A stretch of 64,000 nucleotides of DNA from assembly GCA_965644265.1 (NCBI GenBank), contig OZ286460.1, forward strand, positions 89,404,001-89,468,000, given 5' to 3'. Made by a program: the position numbers and the translations under genes. This stretch comes from Glycera tridactyla. Its lineage: Eukaryota. Positions 46,831 through 61,383 of the stretch are shown piece by piece. Each line of letters starts with the position of its first letter. The first letter of the stretch is position 1. Under the pieces are notes generated by a model. It did no database searches. It was given only the letters and a program-made list of their open reading frames with translations, and was not told the origin of the DNA.

Positions 46831-48717
46831 AGTGAAATTTTAAAGATGGGTACCCATGGGTGGAGACAGCTTTCTATCTGAAAACCTAAATCTAGCAGCG
46901 TCCGCAACCACTAATCAATGGATGAAGACTGCTAATTTCCAGCCCTGTACTATCAAATTCACTGATCTGTACCAGTCTTGGATTGGCAACCAGTGAACTT
47001 TATGACCTGACCTACTTTCTAGTGACACGACCTGTCTCAGATGTCTCTTCCATCAGTTGTCCACATTGAATTGCCGTCTGTTTCCATGTTAAGACATGGC
47101 TTTCTTGATAGAGCTGGTGATCATATGAATTAGACATCACTAGTGGCATGAGAAGGTCATAATTTACCTTTACAATTGCTTCTTATGGAAACCTGCCTGT
47201 GCACCCTGTACCAAATGGCACATAATGTTGAAATAGGCACATACGGGCATGCACAATGTGCCAAAAAGGCACATGCAACCAAGAGATTCATCCTAACATG
47301 ATGAAGGACACATAAGAATGTAGAAATGCCCATGAATCATCATCAATGTGCTCTAAAAGCCAATTTATATCCAAGATTTAGAATTCCTTGGCTCTATGTA
47401 GCATCACATCGTACTCTGTATGTGTTCTCAGTATTTTTCTGCTCGCCACAATAGTACAGTGAAACCTGCAATGAGAGACTGCCCTGAATGTCACCAAAAA
47501 GTGGTTTCCCAAAAGAGGCATCTCTTGTTAGAGGTATATTTGACTATGTCAAATAGGAAATCTGCCATGTGGAAGTGGTTTCACGTTGGAGGTAGTCTAT
47601 CGTGTTGGGGGGGGGAGGGTTGTGTCTCGCATTGCCGGTTCTGCTGCCTCATGTCACTCATCATAATGCAATAGCTAGATAGTTGGTGCTGGTTTCTGTT
47701 TAGCAATAACATCCTTTTAGCAAATAATTTCATCAGAATAAAAATATCTTCAGCAGCTCAGAAAACATTTTATAGACACTCTGAAACCATGTGGCTGAAT
47801 CAATTCAACCCCATGAACAATAGATCTGGCATTTTTATACCGACAAAATTTCTTTTGCCTTTCTGCACAAAAACTAATGCAATTAGGAACATGTTCATCT
47901 ATATAACCCAATGCCACCAGCTCCACTTTTGTACAATCAGAAATGGATATTATTTCAGCAAATTTGATTTTCTTTCGCATTTGCCTAATGGATCGTAGTG
48001 AAATGCTAGAGTATAATGGGAACCCATTGTAGGTTTTCATCAGAAACCCATTAATAATCATCACCCGGTTAATTGAATCATCATGTCTCATTGACATTTA
48101 TGATTAAGACATGTTCTCCTTGAATATATGTGCTGCAGTGCATGATAGTTAGTATGTGTGATATAAAAAGATTTGCTAATTTCCCATCAATGTCCTCGCC
48201 CCTCAACAGGCTCTGGCAATCTTCCCCAATCTTTTGAGAAGATGAAATTGATTCTGCAGGAGGAAGTCTTGATGTCTTGAGAGATTTGCATGTAAGAAAG
48301 GTGCCTTTCAAGGCTTCAACATTCAGAATTGGTGCCAGAAAAATTAGAATAGCTTCATATTCACATTACAATATTCTTCATTTCATGTAAAACATATGTA
48401 TGGAAGTTTCAAAGCCCTTTCCATTCAAATTTATGCGTCACGAAAGGCGTGTCATCATTCACAAATGTGATAAATTTATATGTACGCAGCTGTTTCTGTG
48501 GCATCATAGGTGATGGCTTTTTAGTTCACACATATTAACTGATGGCTTTTCAGTCCACACATTCCTTAACCCATTGCATGCCAACTGGGATATCAGAGGC
48601 TGGCTGTGTGTATGCAAGTCTTTTCCCATATTTGCATGTAGAAGAACCACTGCTGTCTTTTGCAAAGATGAGGGATTGCCCCTGGAAACATTGCCTCTTT
48701 TCTTGAGCTCTTTCATA

Positions 48718-49549
48718 TTTATACCCCGCTCTTGAAAGAGCAGGGTATTATAGTTTCACCTCCGGCGTCCGTACGTCCGTCCGTCTGTCTGTCCGTCCGT
48801 CCTTCCGCTCACATCTCATGTAATAACTATGGATTGGCAGTTCCAATTTTTCTCAAACTTCATAACTGTGATCTATGTAAAATTCGTATTCCAGAATTCG
48901 AATTTTGTACCCGAAGGTCAAAGGTCAAGGTCACGGGAGCTATTTATAGATTTTCTTATTTTACACTCTAACTCAAGGTAGTCTCAATGGATATGCACCG
49001 AACTCACACAAAGTGATGAGCCAATATTGGGCCACCCACCTCTTGATGCGTGTGACCTTGGATCAAAGGTCAAGGTCACAGGAGCTATTTATATATTTTT
49101 TATTTTACACTGACTTAATCTAGCATTGATCAATATGCACCAAAGTTCCACAAAGAAATGACCCAATGGTGAGATATCTCCCATTCGATGCATGTGACCG
49201 TGTGTCAAAGGTCAAGGCCGCAAGAGCTATTTTTGAATTTCCGCATATCACACAATAACTCAGGCTAGCATTGTTGGGTAAAGATCAAACTGATCTGGGA
49301 TGATCAAGCAATGTTACCGCATCTCCCTTACGATGCATGTGACCCTAAGTCATAGGTTGAGGTGAAGGGTACAGGTGCTACTGTTAGATTTTCACATTCT
49401 ACACAGTGATCCAGTGACTTATCACATAGCCAACCAAACATCTCAATGACCTTTTTCGATATGGGTTACCTACTGTGCTTCCATGTGTGATATGGGTTAC
49501 CCACTGCACTCCCGTGTGCGGGGTATATTGCCCCCCTGTGGCCTTGTTT
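48718..49549 (+). mobile_element. HINE / Helentron-derived element, copy 2
   Basis: Same 5' hairpin, (GTCC)n, AAAGGTCAAGGTCA cores, GCGGGGTAT subTIR and GGCCTTGTT end as 6913-7883. Confidence 0.8.
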
Positions 49550-49693
49550 CTCTCTGATATATGCCCCAAGAGGGTTGAAAGGACATTAAATTCAAACATC
49601 CAAACCAACAAACAAACCTCACCCATTTTTGTACAGAAATGATCTGGTGACATTCATGATGCTCTTGATCAGATCAATCACAGTGGTATGCAG

Positions 49694-50599
49694 TAGGCCT
49701 TGAACAATTTACCACGGATACGAATCAATACGTATCGCGATATGCTGCTCACGATACGATATTTCCACGATATATCTCAAGTATTTCCTGGAGCCCCACA
49801 CTCACAATAATGGTCAGGAACTTACCAAAAAATTCGCCCATGCAGCTTGAAGGATGCCGAAGATCTTGATCACCTTGGATTTTGGATAAGGCACATTTAA
49901 ATGATATTTGCGCGCGGCCAGACATGTAGTGTGAAGTGTGCAAAAATGAGGGACTTTCTGAAAAAACAAGACCTTCACAGCTTTGTGCTTCCGCCACGCA
50001 ATGAATAAAAGTGATATCTGAACAAATCCCTACATCAAACTAATCCCAGTAACATTTTGCAGCATACTGCGCAAACTGTTTAGCGATATGATGTATACTT
50101 TTCTTGTGATGACGATGTGAAAAAATGCATCACGACCATAAGTGAGTGAAAAATCAAGATGGCGCCCGTCGGAATAACGCCATGTGCGTTTCACACTGAT
50201 TGCCTTTCAGCGCGAAACACGGCAAGAAATTTTTGTTATAGATCTCAACTATGTATATCAATTGGTTCCCAGTGCCTCGAATATGACAGTTCGAATGATA
50301 AATTCCGAAAATATGACAAATATCACCTCAGAATCCATCTAAAATAATTAGAGATAACGACAAGATGCGCAGGAGACGTATTTTCATCGGTTCATTCACC
50401 CTGACTGCCCAGGTGTCGAAACAACATGGCTGCACCTTCAAATGAATGGATTCATCACATTTTACGTGTATTTCTAGCTGTTTTTCATCAGTTTACCAAT
50501 CTGACATTATATCATATAATTTTTCGGATGTATCTTGACTGGGCCGATACGGAAGAAATAATCGATCTGTGAGTGTATCGGCGAACCGTTCAAGGCCTA
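49694..50599. mobile_element. Non-autonomous hAT element with intact ends
   Basis: TIRs TAGGCCTTGAAC...GTTCAAGGCCTA, perfect 8-bp target-site duplication GTATGCAG at 49686-49693 and 50600-50607, and subterminal GATAC/GTATC repeats. Confidence 0.9.
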
Positions 50600-53500
50600 G
50601 TATGCAGGTGGCACGTCATAACGGTGAGTGGGGGGACTGAAGTGATAACTGGATTCCAATGTGACCTTGAGTGTTTTATGCATGATAGCATCTATTATGG
50701 CCTCTGGGTACTGTTTTCAAGCTCTTAGTTGTTAGTCTTTGGCCTGATGTCATGGGCCTCCAGAGAGTATGGAGCCATGTCCCTCAATTGTACGGGCTTG
50801 ATGTTGAGAAATTGTGACTGTACACTTTGGTCAAGTTTTCCCTGAGCCTAAGACATTTTCACATTTCAAGTAGAGTATAATATGCTTGAGCAACCAGTCC
50901 TGTATGAGGTGACAATCTGTCACGTCTTGGAACCATGTGCGCGCCGACTGGGATATCAAAGGCTGGTGTGTATGTCAGTCTACTCCTGTATGTGCATGGA
51001 AGAATCACTGCTGTTCTTCACAAAGAATAGGGATTGCCCCTGGCAGCGATGCCTCTTTTCTTCAGTTTCTCAGTATGATATACAGTGAAACCTGTGAAGA
51101 GAGACCACCCTAAATGTCACCAAAAAGTCTTCTCTCAACAGAGGTTGTCTCTCATTAAAGCTGCCCTGGAAAAGTGGTTTCCCGGCAGAGGTGGTTTTGT
51201 TGCAGGTTTCACTGTGACCTGAAGGTTGAAAAGGATGTTTAACCTAAACAAACAAGTGAACAACAAACTGCCTATACTGTCCATATCAATTGACAAAAAA
51301 CATTTTTTAGAATCCAGCCATATGAGAAATGTTGTCTAGACAGGTAAAAGATTTGGACTGTAAAAAAAGTGCTGCCATTTTTTTCACAGTAATCTCTTGT
51401 TTATGGTTTTTGCTTATTGCGTTTGTATCAAACAAACAGAGTACTACTGGCTAAAGAATAGAGCACTCCTGCCTGGACATTTTTGTAGTCTGTAAAATTA
51501 CAGGGTGAAGAGAAAAATAGTAAGTGTGATGTCATCGTAAAAAAGCATTCCCTAGAGGTTTGCCTGAATGTGAAATTATTCTACTTGGCACCTTATCTTG
51601 TTCTCCATCGTCTTGTGTTCATGGTTTGTTTGAGTCATGCCAGAGGGGACAGAGCATCCAAGTTTCAGAGATCAGGAACACACGCCATGAATAATCTGTC
51701 GAGTTGATATTGCAGTTAAACTCAGGCCTATCAATCAATCACTCATTCAATCAATCAATCAATCGATCATATAAATGTGAGACTTTGATGGCCTTGATGA
51801 TATACCTGACATATATCAAGATTTATTAATGTAATTGAGGAGCATTCTCGGCTGTGTTACATCATGCCAGTGAGGTGAGGTTATGAAATAGTCATACCAC
51901 ACATGCCACATTAGATTTCAGGTTAGATTTATTGCCAATTTTCTGGACCATTAGGTGGTGCGCTTTTTACATTTTGCTCACAAAATGGTCTTCAATAATG
52001 CATTGATGCATGAAATGGGAATGGTGTTTTTTTTCATTCTCACCAGAATTACTCCAGTGTAATCTCTTTATGATCAAATTTGGAAGGACTGATGTCTCAC
52101 TTTAGTATATTTATTATGAACTCACATATGTGAAGGAGAATTCAGGAAAATAACAACCAATTATGGGAATCCAACAGCAAATCCATCTCATGATAGAAAC
52201 ATAATGACTAAACTGTTTGTTTTGATGATAATGGTAAAGAGTGTATTGTTTGATTGCTTTGTCGGAATTCATATCAGGTTTCGATCATTAGGATGACATA
52301 TGCCATATATGTTCCAGATCATTAAGCACCATAATCTGCATAATGAAAGTGGCCAAAAACCATACATGGCAGTCATATTACCATATATATTGAGCTAAGG
52401 ATTTCACTTGAATGATTGTTGTCATTCTGAGGTCAAAGCTCGGAGAAGTGTGTGTTCATTACAGTTTAATACAATAGACAGTGGGAGAGAGCAACACAAT
52501 AGAGTGGGAGAGAGCAACTGAGCCAGGTAGAGTTTGGCTGTCTCACAATATGTCAAAAACTGTACGTAAAAACCATCAAATGACAGAAAATCAAAAGTCA
52601 CAGGGTCAAACAAGTATACGCCTATGCACACCTACCCCTCATGGGTAGTCCACATACCAATTGTGTTAGACTGTAATAAACACACACTTCTCCTGGCTTT
52701 GACCTCATTCTTATGTAAGACACCCGGTAACTGACAAGGGGTTCTGGTGTTCTTCCCTGCATTATGTAATGCCTGGTTGATTTCATCATGGAGCAATAGC
52801 TAACTTCTACTTCAATAACCAGCTGTGAAAGGGCTGAATCAAACATTTGTCNNNNNNNNNNNNNNNNNNNNNNNNNNNNNNNNNNNNNNNNNNNNNNNNN
52901 NNNNNNNNNNNNNNNNNNNNNNNNNNNNNNNNNNNNNNNNNNNNNNNNNNNNNNNNNNNNNNNNNNNNNNNNNNNNNNNNNNNNNCGTCCATGCATGCTT
53001 GCACTCTACATTGCTAACTGTTGGTAGGTACACTATGGCTACAGTACCCAAACCTGATGCTGTCATCTTGAATGTTAATTTATGGTGCTCATAAGTTCTT
53101 ATTGGCTGGAGTGAGTGGGGGGAGGGGGCATTAGTCATCNNNNNNNNNNNNNNNNNNNNNNNNNNNNNNNNNNNNNNNNNNNNNNNNNNNNNNNNNNNNN
53201 NNNNNNNNNNNNNNNNNNNNNNNNNNNNNNNNNNNNNNNNNNNNNNNNNNNNNNNNNNNNNNNNNNNNNNNNNNNNNNNNNNNNNNNNNNNNNNCACAGC
53301 ACCTGATGAAGGCCTGAGAACTTGGGGAAAATTGATTGTGGACAGCAAGTATTTATTCAGAAAATACCTACTGACATTTATAAGACAGCGTACACAGCGA
53401 AAGTCTTCAGAGCCTTTTGAGTGTACAAGAAGAATCACGGCCAATCAAATATAGTAGTTGGCAAAAATCCACGTAAGTTATTGTGAAGATTGTCCTAACA

Positions 53501-56438
53501 TAACAGGTACATTTTCAACCTTGCATTGCAAATGGGCATCAGATCGAAACCACTCGCAGACTCACTGACAGACCTTGTGGACATAAGGCTGCTAGGAAAT
53601 AGGATTATGATGAAGTACGCTTGAGTATTCATTCTAAATGCGCTTAATATGTTAATTTCATGGAAGTTATCATGGCAAGGCCAGCAGCTGATGACGTGGA
53701 CAGATTAACCCCATGAATGCAGGATATGGTATGCGATGAAATTCTCTTCAAAAGCATGCAGACCAGAAGAAGTTTGATAAACATGAGTTAAGGGGATCCC
53801 GTTTTAGATTAGCATTTTAGCTATAGCTAAGCAGAGAATTTGAATGCTGATGAAAAATTCATTTCACCCAGATAATTTGCCAAAAGTAATTTCAAATCCT
53901 GATTTACTGTAGATCAACATTTTCCTGATTTCATTTGTTTGGTGAAAAAACCCCAATAGGAATTGATTTAACATGAGAATGTAGTGGAGTGAGGGGCTGA
54001 AATGTATTGGTTTTACGCACCTTAGCTGCCAATTTTGTAGTTTATGATATTTTTTCTCCCTGTTCATGGTTTTTACCTGAAAATCACCAGACTTTTGACA
54101 GAAATTACTATTCAGGGATCAGTGGTTCTTAAGGGCTTAAATAATTGTGCAACTATAAAAAAAAGCCATCTCTTGTTTCAGGAACAGGGTATTTACCCCA
54201 ATTTTCTGGATCAGATCTGAGACACACAATCACAACCCCACACCCGCACCCATCTAACCACCCCCCCCCCCCCCCCCCCACACACACACACTCGAGTAGG
54301 GGGTGGATTGGGCAGGATTTATGCCATTTACGATTATTGCATAGCAACATAATCTACTACGGTGATAAACTGTAATGATGAATGGTGCTCATTATATTCA
54401 TGGACATTAGCACTCTGCCGGGCTCATAACCTTTGGCTCTATTCACAAAAGACATAGGAGCTCCTGTGAAAGCAGTCAGTGATCTGAGATGGATTGCTCC
54501 TACATGTATTGCAACACACCACACACCAAAGAACTCATGGAAAAGATGCATTACATCTCAAGAGTTGACTCACTATTTTGATGAAATGGATCCTTGATTT
54601 ACATTGCACAATGTGTTGCTGCCCCTCCCCTTGTGGTCCATCTCATTTATAATGGAAACATTGTATCATTCTCTTGGACTGCATTATACATAAAATCAGG
54701 AAGGATGAAACTCCTTACAAAACTTTGTCAGGCTGAACTTCTTCACTTCAGTTTGCCGGTATTAAGTGGGAACCTGTTCCAGGCATGCAAATATGTGTCT
54801 TCCCATGGCCATGCACCAAGGAGTGATAGATGTGAAGTGACCTGTCAGTCCCTCCCCTCCCCTCNNNNNNNNNNNNNNNNNNNNNNNNNNNNNNNNNNNN
54901 NNNNNNNNNNNNNNNNNNNNNNNNNNNNNNNNNNNNNNNNNNNNNNNNNNNNNNNNNNNNNNNNNNNNNNNNNNNNNNNNNNNNNNNNNNNNNNNNNNNN
55001 NNNNNNNNNNNNNNNNNNNNNNNNNNNNAATTCTTGTTATTTTCTCTTAGTAATTTTGGATGATATGATTGATATAGGATGTGTGGAGTATGGTGCTGAT
55101 ACATCGTTGATGTTTTCATTCCATCATTAGTCCAACCTTATGATAGAAATGTGAACAATACAATGATCATGGCACGAATGAGAGATGCCAGACGTCCATC
55201 AAATATATTATATTCGCCATCAAAATCATGCACCACTCCCCCTAGTGGTGGAACGATGATCGAATCTATTCGAAAGTCGGTTGGTTACCGAGCTCAATCA
55301 AGCGAAAATCGGTAATCGACAAAATCGGAACCAAAGAACGGATCTGTCTACAAACGATATATTCGTGAAAATGAGTGATAAAAGGTGGCGAATTTGTTTA
55401 TTTACTTGTTGCACCATCTTGTCGGGTGAAACTTGCGTGTTCGCAAACGAAAATGAGATGCGCAGTTCGGAGAACATCCGTCAGATGGCAGAGNNNNNNN
55501 NNNNNNNNNNNNNNNNNNNNNNNNNNNNNNNNNNNNNNNNNNNNNNNNNNNNNNNNNNNNNNNNNNNNNNNNNNNNNNNNNNNNNNNNNNNNNNNNNNNN
55601 NNNNNNNNNNNNNNNNNNNNNNNNNNNNNNNNNNNNNNNNNNNNNNNNNTGGGAGACTGCTGTTCAAGGTAACTTTCTATTTGAGTATACCTCCACTCAT
55701 GCCCATTGCAAGGGTGTCACAATGTAGCACAATGGAGCTGACATGGCATTGAATCAGAACCATTCAACCAACCAACCCGTATTGGTGTGCCCAAAAGGCC
55801 TTTACATCATCCCAAATCAGGGAATCCTTGGCCAGCAGTATTGGCTCTGAAGTATGGTTGAAGTGAGACATTTGTCTCGCCACTATTCAAAATATGATAC
55901 AATTTACACAAATATGGAACAAATGATATGAGTGCTTGCTCTGGAGAGGGAGGGGGGAGGGACTGAAGCAAGACATTTGTCTCGCTACTTCTTAAAATGT
56001 GGGACATCACACTCAAATGTGAGACAAATGTCTCACAATCTCACCTGGTATCCAACACTGCGATTCGTTACTCGGATTATGAAGTTTTGGTGTTGTGTGA
56101 TGTAATCATCTTGGGAATGGGAGTGGCCAGGTAGGGACAGCCTGCGGATGAGTGGGTGAGAGACTTATCAATTATGAATCTCCCATTCATACATTTGGTC
56201 TCATTCGTGGAAGGTTACCTATCATAAAGTAGTCCATAATTGGGGTGTGGGCACATATGGGAATCCCTTGTCAAGAGCTGACACCTGCAGCATGCACCTA
56301 TTAGTACCCAGCTGTATTTGACTGTGGGTATTAATCAATATGTATAGTGAATAGTTTGTGGTGTGAATTATTCATATAGTGAAGCCTGTCATGAGAGATC
56401 CGGTGAGATTCACTTCCATGGCTTCATCTCTAACCTGA

Positions 56439-56704
56439 TACAGTCAAAGCCTTTAATGAAGGCCACCTTCAGTCACCTGAAAAAAGTGGCCTTATTATAG
56501 GCAGGTGGCCTTAGACAATAGACAATAGACATAACTTTATCTGTACAGGTGAGAACAGTACAGTTATACAGCTTTCATAGGAATATTTGGATATTATGCA
56601 GAGGTAATTTGGTGTTGAAAAAACTCTCAGGGTCGCAGCTCAAGGTGACTTTTGTAGGCAGGTGCCCTTATAGAGAGGTGGTCTCTCAGGCAGGTTTGAC
56701 TATA
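56439..56704. mobile_element. TA-flanked MITE, longer (about 265-bp) variant
   Basis: TA-CAGTCAAAGC...CAGGTTTGACTA-TA, with internal GGCCACC/GGTGGCC motifs. Confidence 0.65.
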
Positions 56705-57039
56705 TTCGAGCCACCCTTAACAAAGCTAGGGAATATCAAGTGTTGAGGTAGGAGCTCTCGGTTTGAACCAAGGCTTGAACTGGATTGATGGAAGTAGCCT
56801 ATCAATTTGAAAACTCTTTAGCACAATATTATCTACTTTAGAGACCACCTGCTTGTAAAGACCACGATGAGTGGTGAATGATCACAGTAGCATTTGATAC
56901 AGTCAATAACGTCTTCACAAAGGTCACTGGTCAACCGAAAACACTTTTCAATGTGACCAAGATTGGTCATTCTAATCAGAAAATGAAGATTCAGAATCAA
57001 AATCAAAATCAAATCAACTCCCCTGTGTGATCTGTCAGG

Positions 57040-57245
57040 TGCATGGAGTGTGTCTGAACTGTCAGCCACTTTCACTTGACAACCTTTCTGATTCCCCATT
57101 CTCTCGTATACAGGGTTTGTTGGAGTAATTCCTGCAGGCAACGGAGCATCAAGCACTCATAGATCAGTAACCCATGGCGGACACTAAGTTTTGGGTTGAT
57201 ACAGGTTGTTAAACCCTAATCAAACAAACCAATAAATAACAACCA
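57040..57245 (+). mobile_element. SINE family 1 copy with (CAAA)n-like tail
   Basis: GTGTGTCTGAACTGTCAGC...GGGTTGATACAGGTTGTTAAACCCTAATCAAACAAACC. Confidence 0.7.
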
Positions 57246-57629
57246 CTGAATATTCAGTACTTCAAATTTGTCTTCGTAGACAAGTGGTCTTTATAGAGAG
57301 GTTATCCAACTGTAGAACATGCGAATAGGATCATAGTGTGACCACGCATGACCTTTGTAGACATGTGGCTTTTGCATGGAGGTGGTCTCTCGAGCCTGTT
57401 TGACAGTATCATCCAAAATTGGGAGTTTCTCCTCATGCTGGAGTTATCTGATTTGTAAGTTCTGGCAGTGTTGCGTTTGTGAGAGTGATGTTGACATTGC
57501 AGGCGATGCTGTTGATGCTGCACTTTTGGAGATGTGGTAATCGATACTCCAAGCCAATCAAGACAACCACTCTCAATTAGGCAGGCTGCCTGCACCAAGA
57601 GTGAAGCCTGCTCAGCTTCTCGCACTTCA

Positions 57630-58470
57630 TGCAACATACAGTAGCACTTGTGAGTCAAAAGCCTCATGAATGCAACATACTGTAGCACTTGTTATTAGTC
57701 AAAAGCCTCATGAATGCAACATACAGTAGCACTTGTTATAAGTCAAAAGCCTCATGAATGCAACATACAGAAGCACTTGTTATAAGTCAAAAGCCTCATG
57801 AATGCAACATACTGTAGCACTTGTTATTAGTCAAAAGCCTCATGAATGCAACATACAGAAGCACTTGTTATAAGTCGAAAGCCTCATGAATGCAACATAC
57901 TGTAGCACTTGTTATTAGTCAAAAGCCTCATGAATGCAACATACAGTAGCACTTGTTATTAGTCAAAAGCCTCATGAATGCAACATACAGTAAGACTTGT
58001 TATAAGTCAGAAGCCTCATGAATGCAACATATAGTAGCACTTGTTATTAGTCAAAAGCCTCATGAATGCAACATACAGAAGCACTTGTTATAAGTCAAAA
58101 GCCTCATGAATGCAACATATAGTAGCACTTGTTATAAGTCAAAAGCCTCATGAATGCAACATACAGTAGCACTTGTTATATGACCAAGTCAAAAGCCTCA
58201 TGAATGCAACATACAGTAGCACTTGTTATATGACCAAGTCAAAAGCCTCATGAATGCAACATACAGTAGCACTTGTTATAAGTCAAAAGCCTCATGAATG
58301 CAACATACAGTAGCACTTGTTATATGACCAAGTCAAAAGCCTCATGAATGCAACATACAGTAGCACTTGTTATATGACCAAGTCAAAAGCCTCATGAATG
58401 CAACATACAGTAGCACTTGTTATATGACCAAGTCAAAAGCCTCATGAATGCAACATACAGTGGCACACAA
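57630..58470. repeat. 44/50-bp minisatellite (about 18 units)
   Basis: Unit GCAACATACAGTAGCACTTGTTATAAGTCAAAAGCCTCATGAAT. A 6-bp-longer variant (TTATATGACCAAGTC) appears only in the right part. Confidence 0.95.
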
Positions 58471-59020
58471 GCAAAGCCTGATACATACATGTATAAGGAT
58501 AATACTGATAGCAATAGAATTATTTCATATTGATGATGATGAGCTATTATCAATCGGTCTTCCTTCAGAACAACCAGTGACATGCTAATAAAGCCCAGTA
58601 GAGATAATGATGATACTGATAACAATGATATTGATGATGATGAGCTATTACCGATCACAAGTCTTCCTTTCAAGAACGTCATCTGTTTCTTCTCTTCATT
58701 CAATATCTGCAGCATCTTGAACATGAAACATTGCTCTGTTCTGAGCGACTGGCACAAACAGACAGATTTATCATTAAGGCTGCATATTTCTTTAGTCTTC
58801 CTGTCTGATGGGCAGGAATATAACCCTTATTCATTCTTCGATTATATGCGAAAGGGCTTTTGAGAATGTTTGAGAGAGCAGGTGAAAATCTCTTTTCACC
58901 TGCCCTTGGAAAAAAAAAAGTAGAGCCCTGTCCATGCAAGCACATGCAGAGATGTATCAGGTATTACAATCTGCATGCCCCATGCCTTCTCAACCCTTGT
59001 GCAAATGAAATCAGCACATA

Positions 59021-59202
59021 TACAGTCAAACCTCCTCTAAAGACCACCTCTCTATAAAGACCACCTCCCTATGAAGGCCACTCTGACCTGCGACTGTCGT
59101 AGTATTTTCAACAATAAATGACCTCCCTATAAAGACCACCTCCCTATAAAGACCGCTTTTTTTTGCGACCGAACATGGTCTTTATAGAGAGGTTCAACTG
59201 TA
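59021..59202. mobile_element. TA-flanked MITE, 182 bp
   Basis: TA-CAGTCAAACCT...AGGTTCAACTG-TA, paralogue of 29832-30013. Confidence 0.85.
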
Positions 59203-59528
59203 CCTGTGATGAAAGACCACCCTAAATGTCCCCAAAATGTGGTCCCAAGAGAGGTTATCTCTCATCACAGGTGTATTTGTCTGTGTCAAATAGAAAAGCT
59301 GCCCTGGAACAGTGGTCTCCCATCAGAGGTGGTCTCTGGTCAGGGGGTCTCTCATTGCAGGCTATGCTGTAGCAGCTCAAGTTCTTATCACATAGCCAAA
59401 AGTTACTTACTATTGTCGACAGTCACAATGACTGCCTTCTAGTCATGATCAGTTTTTAAGCAGATGGTTAACAGTCATTGAATCTGTCCACAATAGTAAG
59501 TGACTTTTATAAGAATGATTTCTCACTA

Positions 59529-59710
59529 TACAGTGAAACCTGTCTTGGAAGACCCCTCTTTTGGGAGACCACCCTCTAATGGGAGACCTCTCTTCATTGG
59601 CTCTTCTCTATTTGACATAGTCAAATATACCTCCAATGGGAGACCACCTGTCTTGAGAGACTGCTTTTTGTTGGCATTTGGGGCAGTCTCCCAAGACAGG
59701 TTTTACTGTA
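59529..59710. mobile_element. TA-flanked MITE, 182 bp (different interior)
   Basis: TA-CAGTGAAACCTG...CAGGTTTTACTG-TA, with internal GAGACCACC repeats and a TTTGACATAGTCAAA palindrome. Related to 61542-61721. Confidence 0.85.
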
Positions 59711-61383
59711 TCAATTCTGCTGGCCTGATGAATGTCTTCAGGAATAGGGTTAAGCAAGCTGGTATGGAGTGATAATATCTGGATTGGTGTCTGGTGGAGA
59801 GCTGTTTGTGTACCTCCTAATGAGATAGAGTTGATGCAGATGATCCTCTTACATGGCTTTCCCCAGGAGATCCGACACAACCCTCGGCTACATTAACATT
59901 ATTGAAAGGCCTATCGTAGTGTATGGATGTCCTCTTCATGAACCCCGTCTGATAGATTCTGCGGCTCGCTAATCACTAGGCCACTCTGATCATTTGAGAT
60001 TTATTCTTGTTTGGGATTCAGTATCCTTTCGATTCTTCGGCAAGAAGCACTGCTTGTATAGTGGTATAGGCAGAGATGTGTCTGAACTAACAGCTACTTC
60101 CACTTGATCATCGTTCTGGCTCCCTATCACCTCGTCTGCAGCTAGGGTATGTAAGAGTGATTCTCCCATAGGAAAAAGCATCTAGCTTTCAATGACCTTG
60201 AGCACACAATTTGCGCACTCTTTTAGGATGATGAATGCTATTGGATCTAATCCAGTCATCAATCAGTCAATCAATCAAACAAACCCCTTCCCTGAGTTGT
60301 CATGATAATAAACCACATGAGTGCCAGTTATTTTGTTGGATCAGAGGTCCCGAGGAGTACCACACTACTTGCAATCCCAAGGGTGTGATATTGTCTATGA
60401 GAACACGCCGGAAGAATATTCCAGCTTTCATGCTGCTCTTGGGAATTCAGGCAGAAAAGCAGTGTTCCACTTCATATAACAATTGGCAGCAACCATTCCC
60501 ACCAAGCTGCATAAAAGGCCCTCATTGATCATCTGTCACTTGTCTTAAGCATGTAGAGTGTGTCTGAATATATTGTGTTCAGGGTTTGTGAGAATGATGC
60601 CTGCAGGAGACAGCACATTCAGCTTTCATAGTTCAGGAATACATCTCACATAATTCTTCGTATTGATACATGGTGTTAAACTTAGTCCAATCAATCAAAT
60701 ACAAAATCTGTAGCAGCCAGTCACAGGGATAATTTATGCTGTGCCCTGTGGCAAATGGCAGATCAAGTTGTGAAAGCGCACATTGAACTATATATCTTGT
60801 GCCAAGAAGGCACATGGAATTTTCCATACTTTGATATGATTACATGGTTTGAGGCACACACAAATCCGAAATGGCACATGAAATCTGCATCAATGTGCCC
60901 AAAAGACCCATACATTTTCCCGAGCAACAAAATCCCTGCAATCAGGGTCTTCAGGGTCTGACTTTAGTGATCAGTTGGTGCAGAACTACAGTCAAACCTG
61001 CTTGAGACCACCTCTCTACAAAAGTCACCTGACTATAAAAGCCACCCGGAGCTGCAACTGTGATATTATTTTCATCAGTAAGTGACCTCTGTATAGAGGC
61101 AAATTTTCTATGCAACTGAAGGTGGCCTTTATAGACAGATTCGAGTGCATACTTTCTGGTTGAGCAATATCACATACATTAAGGCTTGTATCTCAACATG
61201 GAGACCTGCTGTTGCGTACAAGTGTTGGGACCCTATGAAGCAGGCAGTCACAGCTCATAGATCGAGGCAGCTGAATTTTGATACCAACTTTGGATCTTGC
61301 AAAAATGCAAAATCTCCTCAGGGAGCGTCCAATCAAGTTATGCCATAGGCCCATCTTCAGGATTATTAAGTCCATGTTACAAA

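Noticed and set aside
2530-55649. ORFs dominated by X and the many N-runs
   Set aside because: These are assembly gaps or masked sequence, mostly flanked by microsatellites. They carry no information, and small exons could be hidden in them.
1-58470. CRISPR-like appearance of the 38-, 48- and 44-bp arrays
   Set aside because: Units are contiguous with no unique spacers, there are no cas genes, and the DNA is eukaryotic.
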